DNA from: Octopus bimaculoides
Taxonomy: Eukaryota
Assembly (NCBI RefSeq): GCF_001194135.2
Contig: NC_068994.1
Location: 57,687,538 to 57,721,774 of the forward strand
Direction of reading: 5' to 3'
Length of the DNA stretch: 34,237 nt
Numbering within the stretch: the stretch's first letter is position 1; every line of letters begins with the position of its first letter. The notes under the pieces are model-generated. The model saw only the letters and a program-made list of their open reading frames with translations. It was not told where the DNA came from and did not search any database. The position numbers and the translations under genes were made by a program. This document shows positions 1 to 9,915 of this stretch, piece after piece.

Positions 1-172
1 GCATCTGCTCTCTCCCCCCGAAGCCGCCCTGCCGTTTCCAACAAATTTTGTTCTGTTTGGATTCCAAATTTATTTGAAACAAAAACAGTCTTATATCTGC
101 ATTTAATCAATTAATTAAGAGTTTTTTTATATGAAGAGCCATAGTAAAGCTGTGTGTGTATGTAGAGGTGTC

Positions 173-230
<58 letters not shown>

Positions 231-231
<1 letters not shown>

Positions 232-283
232 ATCTTTTATCGTTTGATTATTTCAGTCATTGGACTGCAGCCAAAATATACAT
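231..283 (-). mobile_element. 3' tail fragment of SINE family B
   Basis: ttttatcgtttgattatttcagtcattggactgcagcca matches the reverse complement of the family B tail (12385-12418 and 18590-18630). Confidence 0.5.
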
Positions 284-489
284 ATGTATGTGTGTGTGTG
301 TGTGCATGTACCGACACGCGTACGCGCGCGCGGGCACACACACACACAAACACACACATAAATACTTGTACGTATGCTCGTTCAGTTTTATTTAAAGATT
401 TCTTGCCAGTAGAGAAAGAACCGGTTTCTAACCTGGATCCAAGGCTCCTCCATTGGAATTTCAACATCAGCAACAGGGTATTCTTGCTT

Positions 490-612
490 GTATGCATGTA
501 TGTATGCATGTATGTATGTATGTATACATGTATGTATGTATGTATGTATGTATGCATGTATGTATGTATGCATGCATGTATGTATGTATGCATGCATGTA
601 TGTATGTATATG
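490..612. repeat. (TATG)n/(CATG) tetranucleotide microsatellite
   Basis: Read directly; source of several spurious MYVC/HTYI ORFs. Confidence 0.95.
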
Positions 613-617
613 TGAAT

Positions 618-1002
618 GGAGGCGCAATGACCCAGTGGTTAGGGCAGCGTACTCGTTGGCGTAGGATCGCGGTTTCGATTCCCAGACCGGGCGTTGTGAG
701 TGTTTATTGAGCGAAAACACCTAAAGCTCCACGAGGCTCCGGCAGGGGATGGTGGCGAACCCTGCTGTACTCTTTCACCACAACTTTCTCTCACTCTTAC
801 TTCCTGTTTCTGTTGTGCCTGTAATTCAAAGGGTCAGCCTTGTCACACTCTGTGTCACGCTGAATATCCCCCGAGAACTACGTTAAGGGTACACGTGTCT
901 GTGGAGTGCTCAGCCACTTTCACGTTAATTTCACGAGCAGGCTGTTCCGTTGATCGTATCAGCTGGGACACTCGTCGTCGTAACCGACGGAGTGCTAACA
1001 AA
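618..1002 (+). mobile_element. tRNA-derived SINE, family A1, apparently full length and CpG-rich
   Basis: A-box-like TGACCCAGTGG at 628 and B-box-like GGTTTCGATTCCC at 671. The 3' 190 bp are shared with the copies at 1117 and 32688. Confidence 0.85.
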
Positions 1003-1116
1003 ATGTATGTATGTATGTATGTATATATGTATGTATGTATGTATATGTGTGTGTATGTATGTATGTATGTATGTGTGTGTGTCAATAACTGTATGCATAT
1101 ATATATGCTAATACGT

Positions 1117-1371
1117 GAAGGCGCGTGGCTTAGTGGTTAGTGTATGCGGCTCAGAGTCGTAAGACTTGTGAGTTCGATCCAATGCGACGCGTTGTGTCCT
1201 TGAACTAGACACCTTGTTTCAAGTTACTCCCAATCCACTCAGCTGGCAAAAACGTGTTGTACCTGTATTTTAAAGGGCCGGCCTTGTCACATTGTGTCAC
1301 GCTGACTGTCCCTAAGAACTAGATTAAGGGTGCGTGAGTCTGTGGAATACTCAGCCACTTGCGCGTTAATT
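1117..1371 (+). mobile_element. tRNA-derived SINE, family A2, 3'-truncated
   Basis: Head gaaggcgcgtggcttagtggttag...gagttcgatcc, middle gttgtgtccttga...ccactcagctggc (CORE/Meta-type), then the same tail as A1. Confidence 0.85.
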
Positions 1372-1503
1372 TTTTTTATTTATTTCAGTTGTTATTCCTC
1401 ATATAGATGTACTATGTATGTGTGGCTGATAATGTTTACTGAAAACATATAGATTTCGTTTGTAAAAAGCAAGTTGTTCTCAACAGTTTGTATTACTTGT
1501 TAG

Positions 1504-1578
1504 GGAGCAAGAAGGTTTTGAAATGTTAAGTGTTTGGGAAGCTTATATTCATATGAAGAAACAAGTTTTGAGTTACAG
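1504..1578 (+). CDS. Candidate internal exon A (EQEGFEMLSVWEAYIHMKKQVLSY), product unknown
   Basis: ttgttag acceptor, strong CAG|GTAAGA donor, 75 bp, open in only one frame (phase 2 to 2), in non-repetitive sequence. No homology recognised. Confidence 0.4.
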
Positions 1579-1595
1579 GTAAGAATTACAGATTC

Positions 1596-1643
1596 TTGAG
1601 ACGGCGACCTGTTCACTGGTCAGTGAACAGGTCACGGTCTCAA
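1596..1643. other. Near-perfect inverted repeat (hairpin/cruciform)
   Basis: gacctgttcactg-gt-cagtgaacaggtc (13-bp perfect stem) flanked by ttgagac/gtctcaa. Confidence 0.85.
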
Positions 1644-1774
1644 AGCGACGAAAATATTTTGACACAAATTAAATTTAAATGTTGAAGCGAATCTAAAGGT
1701 TTTTGTGTGTTTCTTAAATGGTTTATAAACACCTTCCACGCTGCAATTGTTTTTGCTTCAGTACATAATCTCAG

Positions 1775-1844
1775 ATCAAGCCATGTGCTATGGAAGTACA
1801 TCTCCATAATATTTCTAATTTTTGAGATATGCAAACTTTGGCAA
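1775..1844 (+). CDS. Candidate exon B (SSHVLWKYISIIFLIFEICKLWQ)
   Basis: ctcag acceptor (not the first AG after the T tract), weak CAA|GTACTG donor; phase 2 to 0, compatible with exon A. Confidence 0.2.
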
Positions 1845-2504
1845 GTACTGTTAGAATGTGTGCTAGGATTGGCAACATAAATGTTCCTCTTAATTGCAAC
1901 ATTTGGTCATCGACTTCACATGCCAATATATCTATGTATGTATAAATGTGTGTTCGTGCGTTTATCCCTCTCTCTGTCTGAATAGACACGAGGTCATCGA
2001 CTAGAAATCGTTATTGGTTTTATGACCTCTTAAGATCAGCTTTCAAAATTCATTCCCGCGTATATAAGAAAAAGAAGGACAAGGAGAACAACATAATTAA
2101 GCAGTTCATCAGGCCAAAAAGGGTGCTCTGTGACAGGTTTATGGTTGAGCCTATGGCAGTGGAGACCCCTAGCATTCTTGGTCCCTGGACTACATCCCTG
2201 TTTATTGTCACTGGAGCAGAGATGGTTATCCACAAGTGCAGGCCCCATCAGTCAGAGTGATGATTCAAGTCCATCCCCTTCACTATTCTCCGGGTCAATG
2301 CCTTTTCCATTTTGTCTGTTGGGACCATGAGGCAGACAGACAAACCATTTTAGATATTTCTTCACTGTGACCAAGAGGAAATATTCAACAGTTTAGGCAG
2401 GGCCCTTCATCGAATTTAGAAAACTATTTCTTTATGCATTATGGGACAAATGCAAAAACTAAACAGAACAACTCCAGCTTGTATCAAATTTGGGAACACC
2501 AACG

Positions 2505-2625
2505 TAGATACTAAACCTGCTGGAAATAGCTACCAAATCTATTTTATATCCTGTCCTACCGTATAAGAAAAAGAAGGACACTTTTGATAATGTCATCTCA
2601 GATATACCTGAATAAAAGATGCCTG
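2505..2625 (+). mobile_element. Fragment of interspersed repeat family E
   Basis: cctgctggaaatagctaccaaat...aagaaggacacttttgataatg resembles 16690-16815 and 7095-7245. Confidence 0.5.
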
Positions 2626-2793
2626 TGTTGGATTAAGATTGATCCAGGATAAACGACAATAAGCAAAGAAAAACAACAAACAGGAAAAGTAATTCTGATT
2701 AGGATTGCTTTGTGGTGTCAAGAAAACTGGTTCAATCTTGTTGGAACAGGATTTTATTAGCTGACCATTTTGTTTTTCCTGTTTTTATATCTT

Positions 2794-2850
2794 ATGGCTG
2801 TGTAGTTAAGAAGTTTGCTTTCCAACCATGTGGTTTCATGTTCAGTCTCA
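2794..2850 (+). mobile_element. Degenerate head of SINE family B
   Basis: atggctgtgtagttaagaagtttgctttccaaccatgtggtttcatgttcagtc matches the heads at 8103 and 25463. Confidence 0.7.
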
Positions 2851-3044
2851 TGTATGTGAAGTGTATATACTGCATATGTACCTATGAATCAGAGTTGATG
2901 ATGTAACTGAAATTGGATTATGAAACAGCTGTAACCATATGGAAATAAAACTTATTTTGCCTCTCACATCTCTTGGATTTTAATGATTACATGTCTATTG
3001 ATAAACTCCAATACATCAACATAAGACTCTTTCTATTGTACTCT

Positions 3045-3163
3045 AGCCCTGATGAGATTCTACCCAATATTATTCAAAATGCTATTTTATTCTAATTTTT
3101 GGATTTATTCCAATCTTTGAATTTGCAATTATATATTGGACTGAATTGAAACGTTTGTTGGCT
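3045..3163 (+). ncRNA. Type I hammerhead ribozyme motif (Penelope-like-element type), probably decayed, with long helix II
   Basis: agcc-CTGATGA-gattc...gaatt-GAAAC-gttt-GTT-ggct. Helix I agcc/ggct, helix II gattc..ccaatat/atattgg..gaatt, AATAAA at 3181. Confidence 0.65.
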
Positions 3164-3233
3164 TTATTTGGCAGTATGTTAATAAATTAATTTTATATTT
3201 TTACCAACTCTCTATTCTTCTTTAATCATATAT

Positions 3234-3264
<31 letters not shown>

Positions 3265-3300
3265 TATGAGTTAACGCCAACAATAATGTGTACATACATA

Positions 3301-3331
<31 letters not shown>

Positions 3332-4015
3332 NNNNNNNNNNNNNNNNNNNNNNNNNNNNNNNNNNNNNNNNNNNNNNNNNNNNNNNNNNNNNNNNNNNNN
3401 NNNNNNNNNNNNNNNNNNNNNNNNNNNNNNNNNNNNNNNNNNNNNNNNNNNNNNNNNNNNNNNNNNNNNNNNNNNNNNNNNNNNNNNNNNNNNNNNNNNN
3501 NNNNNNNNNNNNNNNNNNNNNNNNNNNNNNNNNNNNNNNNNNNNNNNNNNNNNNNNNNNNNNNNNNNNNNNNNNNNNNNNNNNNNNNNNNNNNNNNNNNN
3601 NNNNNNNNNNNNNNNNNNNNNNNNNNNNNNNNNNNNNNNNNNNNNNNNNNNNNNNNNNNNNNNNNNNNNNNNNNNNNNNNNNNNNNNNNNNNNNNNNNNN
3701 NNNNNNNNNNNNNNNNNNNNNNNNNNNNNNNNNNNNNNNNNNNNNNNNNNNNNNNNNNNNNNNNNNNNNNNNNNNNNNNNNNNNNNNNNNNNNNNNNNNN
3801 NNNNNNNNNNNNNNNNNNNNNNNNNNNNNNNNNNNNNNNNNNNNNNNNNNNNNNNNNNNNNNNNNNNNNNNNNNNNNNNNNNNNNNNNNNNNNNNNNNNN
3901 NNNNNNNNNNNNNNNNNNNNNNNNNNNNNNNNNNNNNNNNNNNNNNNNNNNNNNNNNNNNNNNNNNNNNNNNNNNNNNNNNNNNNNNNNNNNNNNNNNNN
4001 NNNNNNNNNNNNNNN

Positions 4016-4052
<37 letters not shown>

Positions 4053-4055
<3 letters not shown>

Positions 4056-4451
4056 GGTGCAGTGGGTAAATTGTCGGCACTTTATATTTTTACTTTCACT
4101 TAGGTGCATTGTTTGTTTTTGATTTTGTTGACTAAACAGTATTGTAGGGTCAATTGGGCACCGTCTGTGAGAAAAACACCACCGTGACACAATTCACTCT
4201 GACAGAAATTTGGAAACAACATGCTGTACAGCTTGGTATTCACATCAGAAGTTCCAATACGAACATTTCAGAGTGTTTGGGTGTCAATCTGAGGACAGTG
4301 CAGAGGATTCAGAAAGAGTTGGATGAGTCTAATGGTGATTGTAAAGTTACGGCAGCTCAGAAAACTCATTCTGATCATTCTGATAAGAAAAGAACCCCTG
4401 AATTTGTTGGTGAGATCAAGGCCATGATTGACAATGATCCTTCCAAATCAA
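4053..4451 (+). mobile_element. 5' part of a Tc1/mariner-superfamily DD37D (maT) transposon: left TIR and N-terminal HTH region
   Basis: TA|catggtgcagtgggtaaattgtcg matches the TIR at 23362 at 19 of 24 nt. Encodes TQFTLTEIWKQHAV...RTVQRIQKEL...KRTPEFVGEIKAMIDNDPSKS. Confidence 0.85.
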
Positions 4452-4700
4452 CTCCATACTTGTTGCAAAGTGTCCAATGGACAAGCCTTGCTATATTGTT
4501 GTGGCATCTCTTATATTCCTTCTGGGCTAGTGGCGTACATTGGCTGGTAATATGCCATATGGTTTCACCATTTCATCCAAAGATTCTATACTTATTACTT
4601 TCTGATGTGTTGTCTATTCTGTATGTTATGTAGTTTGTTCTTAGTGCTTGCTCTTGGGCAGCGCAGATTAGAGCCTCCGTTTCCGGTTTTAAATCACTTT
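4452..4700 (-). mobile_element. R4/Dong-clade (RLE-type) non-LTR retrotransposon fragment, zinc-knuckle region
   Basis: Minus translation SDLKPETEALICAAQEQALRTNYITYRIDNTSESNKYRIFG*NGETIWHITSQCTPLAQKEYKRCHNNIARLVHWTLCNKYG matches the CCHC-knuckle and RHD region of this clade. One stop; the first two Cys positions read Y and F. Confidence 0.85.
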
Positions 4701-4709
4701 TAATTATTA

Positions 4710-4760
<51 letters not shown>

Positions 4761-4829
4761 ACTTATTCTAACACATTAAAATGGTTACTACTATATTCTT
4801 GCCTAATAACATCTGTTAATTCCTTGCAG

Positions 4830-4889
4830 GCTTTCTTTAACGATAATTGGACCTTGCAGGACAAAAACAGATTTCATTTATTAATGAGG
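4830..4889 (+). CDS. Candidate exon C (AFFNDNWTLQDKNRFHLLMR)
   Basis: Good acceptor ttaattccttgcag, weak donor AGG|GTCTTT, phase 0 to 0. Confidence 0.25.
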
Positions 4890-5272
4890 GTCTTTAATTG
4901 TGTTTGTTTTGGGTTTTGTTTTTTACCATAATACAAAGATTTTGCTCGTGAGAATATGTCAACTGCCTGAAAGAACCAAACAACCTGAAACAAGATGGTA
5001 AATTATAAACTGAATTGATTGCGGAATAGATAGAAAGACAGTACAATTAGTTTCCAAGTGGAACCAATTACTAGTAATTCTATCAGAAATTCCATTAAGC
5101 AATTTGGTAGCTTTTAAACTATTAATGGTCTCATTACAAACTCACAAACTAATTCTTCAATGCCTGTCTTCCTCTTTCCTCTGATGCGTTTACTTCAGAT
5201 TCACTTCGTTAGGGAATCTCGTTAGGGAATCACAGATCAATCCTATTGATGTCATTGATGTTTTTCCCCCAG

Positions 5273-5327
5273 ATGGATACCAGTCGTAGCATTAAAACAC
5301 TTTCACATTTCCTGACAAACCCACTTT
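5273..5327 (+). CDS. Candidate exon D (MDTSRSIKTLSHFLTNPL)
   Basis: Strong acceptor tttttccccccag, donor TTT|GTATGC, only the phase-0 frame is open; phase 0 to 1. Confidence 0.35.
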
Positions 5328-5340
5328 GTATGCTCTGCTA

Positions 5341-5771
5341 CTCTGTCTGTGCGTGTGTGAGTGTGTGTGTATGTGTGAGTGTGTGTGTATGCGTGAGTGC
5401 ATGAGTGCATGTGTATGCAAGCGTATGTATAGTTGTGTGCATGTGTGTGTTTGTATGCATGTGTGTATGAGTTTGTGTGCATGAGTGTGTGTGTTTGTTT
5501 GTGTGTGTATTTGTGTATGTGTGTGTGTTCGTGTGCATGTGTGTGTGTTTCTGTGCATGTGTATGTGTATGAGCGTATTTATGTACATGTGTGTGTTAGT
5601 GTGCATGTGTGTGTTTATGTGTGTGTATGCATGTGTGTGTATGTTTGTGTGAGTCTGTGTGTGTTTATGTTTGTATGCATGTTTGTGTGAGTGGGTGTGC
5701 ATGTGTGTGTATGTTTGTGTGAGTCTGTGTGTGTTTATGTGTGTATGCATGTTTGTGTGAGTGGGTGTGCA

Positions 5772-5812
<41 letters not shown>
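5341..5812. repeat. Cryptic (TG)-rich simple repeat containing a 70-bp tandem duplication
   Basis: 5641-5710 and 5711-5780 differ at one position. Confidence 0.9.
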
Positions 5813-5813
<1 letters not shown>

Positions 5814-5936
5814 CCAGCCTGTACTCGTTGCCATACCTATGGCATCATCAAAAATGAATGTGTTCTTTAAACAGTTCCAATAACCCAAAGTCCAAATGCT
5901 TTGGTTACATTCTGCTTTTGTTTCGTACGTTTTCAG

Positions 5937-5996
5937 GTCTGGTGCATCGGCAATGGATGAAACATTACTTGTTACTATGCACTGGCGCAGATAAAT
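5937..5996 (+). CDS. Candidate exon E (LVHRQWMKHYLLLCTGADK)
   Basis: Strong acceptor cttttgtttcgtacgttttcag, donor AAT|GTAAAT, 60 bp, phase 1 to 1, compatible with exon D. Confidence 0.4.
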
Positions 5997-6040
5997 GTAA
6001 ATAATTGCTTAACCATTCAGTGATCAAAATAATCTACCAG

Positions 6041-6503
6041 TCATCATCATTGTCATCGTCATTGTTTAACGCCCGCTTTCCATGCTGGCATGGGTTGGAC
6101 AGTTTGACTGAGGACTGGCAAGCCAGGAAGCTGCACCAGGCCCCAGTCTGATCTGGCAAAGTTTCTACAGCTGGATGCCCTTCCTAACGCCAACCACTCC
6201 GAGAGGGTAGTGGGTGCTTTTTACATGTCACCGGCACTAGGGCCAGTCAGGTGGTACTGGCATCGACCACACTTGAATGGTGCTTTGCATGTGCCACCGG
6301 AACAGGAGCCAATCAGGTGGCACTGGCAACAATCACGCTCGAATGGTGCTTTTTACGTGCCACCAGCACAGGACCAGTCAGGTTTTCGCAAGCACATTTC
6401 ATTGCCCAGTGACTGAAGGGTACTCTTGAATGGACTGGTTACGCTGCACTGGCAGAGGCCACAGTTATGGTCTCACTTGGCTTGCCGGGTCTTCTCAAGC
6501 ACA
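6041..6503 (-). mobile_element. Retroposon family D with (GAT)n tail and internal 66-bp tandem units
   Basis: Reverse complement of the copies at 6828, 11386 and 27910; core cagctggatgcccttcctaacgccaacc; gtgcttt recurs at 6214, 6280 and 6346. Confidence 0.85.
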
Positions 6504-6604
6504 ACATTGTAGGGTAGGTGTGAGAGGCTGGATCTGGCCAGTTTGAACATAAAGCAAGTTGAAGATTTGGGGTGAATATGGCTGGATTAACTGTTAAAGG
6601 ATTA
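6504..6604. mobile_element. Unclassified interspersed repeat family F fragment
   Basis: acattgtagggtaggtgtgagaggctggatctgg recurs at 31401-31434. Confidence 0.6.
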
Positions 6605-6827
6605 TAGCAAATATTTAAATTAGAGACAAAATTTTTTTTAAAACTGTGCAAATGCAGTTATCATCTCTAACCAGCCTACTACCCCTAGGATATAAAATTT
6701 TCTACTTCTTCCCACCCTGGGCCTGGTATTACCCAATTTTAGAAGTATTGGCTCAAGTTTTTATCATTCTTCTGCTACTGTGTCAACCAAGAAGATGAGG
6801 GATTCCTTCGCATAGCAGCTGAACTTG

Positions 6828-7086
6828 CTGGCCCCCGTGCCGGTGGCACGTAAAAAGCACCCTCCGACCGTGGCCAATGCCAGCTCCTCTGGCCCCTGTG
6901 CCAGTGGCACGTAAAAGCACCCACAACACTCTCAGAGTGGTTGGCATTAGGAAGGGCGTCCAGCTGTAGAAACACTACCAGATCAGACTGGAGCCTGGTG
7001 CAGCCTTCTGGCTTCCCAGACCCCAGTTGAATCGTTCAACCCATGCCAGCACGGAAAACGGAGTTAAATGATGATGATGATGATGA
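6828..7086 (+). mobile_element. Retroposon family D, 5'-truncated
   Basis: ggttggcattaggaagggcgtccagctgtag...aacccatgccagcacggaaaacggagttaaa(tga)n. Confidence 0.85.
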
Positions 7087-7094
7087 ACATCCGG

Positions 7095-7245
7095 TTGTTT
7101 CAATAAGAAGGCCACATTACATAAGAAAGAGTCCTAAATTCTCCAAAATAGATGGAGTGGTCATGACTCTAATAGCTTTGATCATAAATCTGCTCACTCA
7201 GGCCAGGCCTGTGGTGAAACGACAACAACAACAACAACAGCAGCA
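7095..7245 (+). mobile_element. 3' part of repeat family E ending in (CAA)n
   Basis: Matches the reverse complement of 33553-33665 and overlaps the similarity with 2505-2625. Confidence 0.5.
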
Positions 7246-7962
7246 AACATGTAAAGTAGTCACCCTAACAACCACAGGTCATGTGACTACTATTTGTGTA
7301 ATAAAAAACAAATAGATAATTTAGAAAAAAAAATACATAAATTACACAGAAAAACAAAAGTAAGAAAGAAAACAAATAAAAAATAAATGAAGCAATCCAG
7401 GTTTCAAACCCAATGTTCTCTGTCAAGACAATAAAAATACTTGGCACCAGTTCAAGCATTTACTTCTCGCTACTTACATATTACCAAACAGATTTGGTGG
7501 TGGGGGGGGGGAGTTTGTTTGGGCTTTTTTTTTTGTTGTTTTATATTTTTCTTTTCCATTATCTTATTTTTTGTTTTGTTTTGTTTTGCTTTGTTTTTTT
7601 GTTATTTTTACTTATATTTTTTCCTTCCTATTTGCCTCCACACATTCTCTTCCATCGTCCGTAGCAGCAGCAACAGCAGCAGCAGTACCACCACTACCAA
7701 TAGTTGTATGAGTGCTATATAGGTGTGTGTGTATGTGTGTGTGTGTGTGTGTGTGAATGTGAGAGAGAGAAGAGAGACAATCTTATATATTGATGTGTGT
7801 GTGTGTGTGTCTATATGTGTCTTCTATACCTATGTATAAGATGAATGTGTAAAATGATGCCTACATATATACATACATAAATTCACACATACATACATAC
7901 ATACATACATACATGTATACATTGATATATGTGCATATATGTGTGTGTGTGTGTGTGTGTAT

Positions 7963-8057
7963 GAGTCTGGTGCAGCCCCTCAGCTTACAAGCCCTGATCA
8001 AACTGTCCAACCCAAGCCAGCATGGACAACGGATAGTAAATGATCATGATGATGATG

Positions 8058-8059
<2 letters not shown>
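7963..8059 (+). mobile_element. Retroposon family D, 3' end fragment
   Basis: gagtctggtgcagcc...gtccaacccaagccagcatggacaacggatagtaaa(tga)n. Confidence 0.75.
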
Positions 8060-8091
<32 letters not shown>

Positions 8092-8102
8092 GTTATATAT
8101 AT

Positions 8103-8394
8103 AGGCGTAGGAGTGGCTGTGTGGTAAGTAGCTTGCTTACCAACCACATGGTCCCGGGTTCAGTCCCTCTGCGTGGCATCTTGGGCAAGTGTCTTCTACT
8201 ATAGCCTCGGGCCGACCAAAGCCTTGTGAGTGGATTTGGTAGACGGAAACTGAAAGAAGCCCGTCGTATATATATATATATGTAAGTATGTGTGTGTTTG
8301 TGTGTCTGTGTTTGTCCCCCCAACATCGCTTGACAACCGATGCTGGTGTGTTTATGTCCCCGTAACTTTGCGGTTCGGCAAAAGAGACCGATAG
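8103..8394 (+). mobile_element. tRNA-derived SINE family B with internal microsatellite, runs into a gap
   Basis: A box tggctgtgtgg, B box gggttcagtccc, CORE-like gtggcatcttgggcaagtgtcttc, internal (TA)/(TG), conserved 3' body. Confidence 0.9.
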
Positions 8395-9233
8395 NNNNNN
8401 NNNNNNNNNNNNNNNNNNNNNNNNNNNNNNNNNNNNNNNNNNNNNNNNNNNNNNNNNNNNNNNNNNNNNNNNNNNNNNNNNNNNNNNNNNNNNNNNNNNN
8501 NNNNNNNNNNNNNNNNNNNNNNNNNNNNNNNNNNNNNNNNNNNNNNNNNNNNNNNNNNNNNNNNNNNNNNNNNNNNNNNNNNNNNNNNNNNNNNNNNNNN
8601 NNNNNNNNNNNNNNNNNNNNNNNNNNNNNNNNNNNNNNNNNNNNNNNNNNNNNNNNNNNNNNNNNNNNNNNNNNNNNNNNNNNNNNNNNNNNNNNNNNNN
8701 NNNNNNNNNNNNNNNNNNNNNNNNNNNNNNNNNNNNNNNNNNNNNNNNNNNNNNNNNNNNNNNNNNNNNNNNNNNNNNNNNNNNNNNNNNNNNNNNNNNN
8801 NNNNNNNNNNNNNNNNNNNNNNNNNNNNNNNNNNNNNNNNNNNNNNNNNNNNNNNNNNNNNNNNNNNNNNNNNNNNNNNNNNNNNNNNNNNNNNNNNNNN
8901 NNNNNNNNNNNNNNNNNNNNNNNNNNNNNNNNNNNNNNNNNNNNNNNNNNNNNNNNNNNNNNNNNNNNNNNNNNNNNNNNNNNNNNNNNNNNNNNNNNNN
9001 NNNNNNNNNNNNNNNNNNNNNNNNNNNNNNNNNNNNNNNNNNNNNNNNNNNNNNNNNNNNNNNNNNNNNNNNNNNNNNNNNNNNNNNNNNNNNNNNNATA
9101 TCGTAATATATATATCATATGCTAACAACGACCCCACCACCACCACCACCACCACCACCTCCATACCAGTAACAATACCAATATCACCACCTTCACAAAC
9201 ACTATGACTTCTACATTTTACTCCAATGTATTT

Positions 9234-9266
<33 letters not shown>

Positions 9267-9915
9267 TGTATCCACACACGGCTCTAGTCCGGTAGTATTT
9301 TAAGTAAGAAGATCTATGATCATTCGTCTGACAACAGCTTCACCATTTCATATATTAAACCTCAGTCAAAATTGAATGACTTGATGGACAAACAGGCCTG
9401 CCATTAAAACACAGAACTTTTCAATATTTGATAAGGGGAATATGAGTTCAGTTAAGATATGTGTGTGTGTACGCAGTACCGGTTAGACAGTGGTCTAAAT
9501 AACTGATGATGTTTACTGACCAGTGGATAAACTAACCTATATATTTTGCTTGTATAGTCCCATCAACATAATTACTTTGTATTGATTGTGCGTGGAAACG
9601 AGTTCGTTTCTTTAAATGTTATCATTTAGATGTGCACAGTTTCCCCCTGACATAATTCACTGGACTGATGTTTATTTGCTTGTTTGTTTCGAGGGGCGGT
9701 TCGTTGGTTTTAATATTTTACAAAATAAATAAATAGTAAATAAATAAATAAATAAAACAAAAAAAAGATAATTATTACTTTTCGTGCATACCATTACATA
9801 TTATCAATCATGTGCGTACAAACTTGCAGATAAATGTCTATATTCCTATATGTACATGTGCTTAAAGTATATATTTATGCATATATTTATATGCGTGTGT
9901 GTGTGTATATATATA

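Noticed and set aside
618-700. tRNA gene
   Set aside because: A and B boxes are present, but there is no complete cloverleaf and the sequence continues into a multi-copy SINE body.
5206-5231. 13-bp tandem duplication containing TTAGGG
   Set aside because: Only two non-adjacent hexamers; an ordinary slippage duplication, not an interstitial telomere.
6200-6420. CRISPR-like repeat-spacer pattern
   Set aside because: The spacers are themselves similar (66-bp tandem units of a retroposon), the context is eukaryotic, and there are no cas genes.
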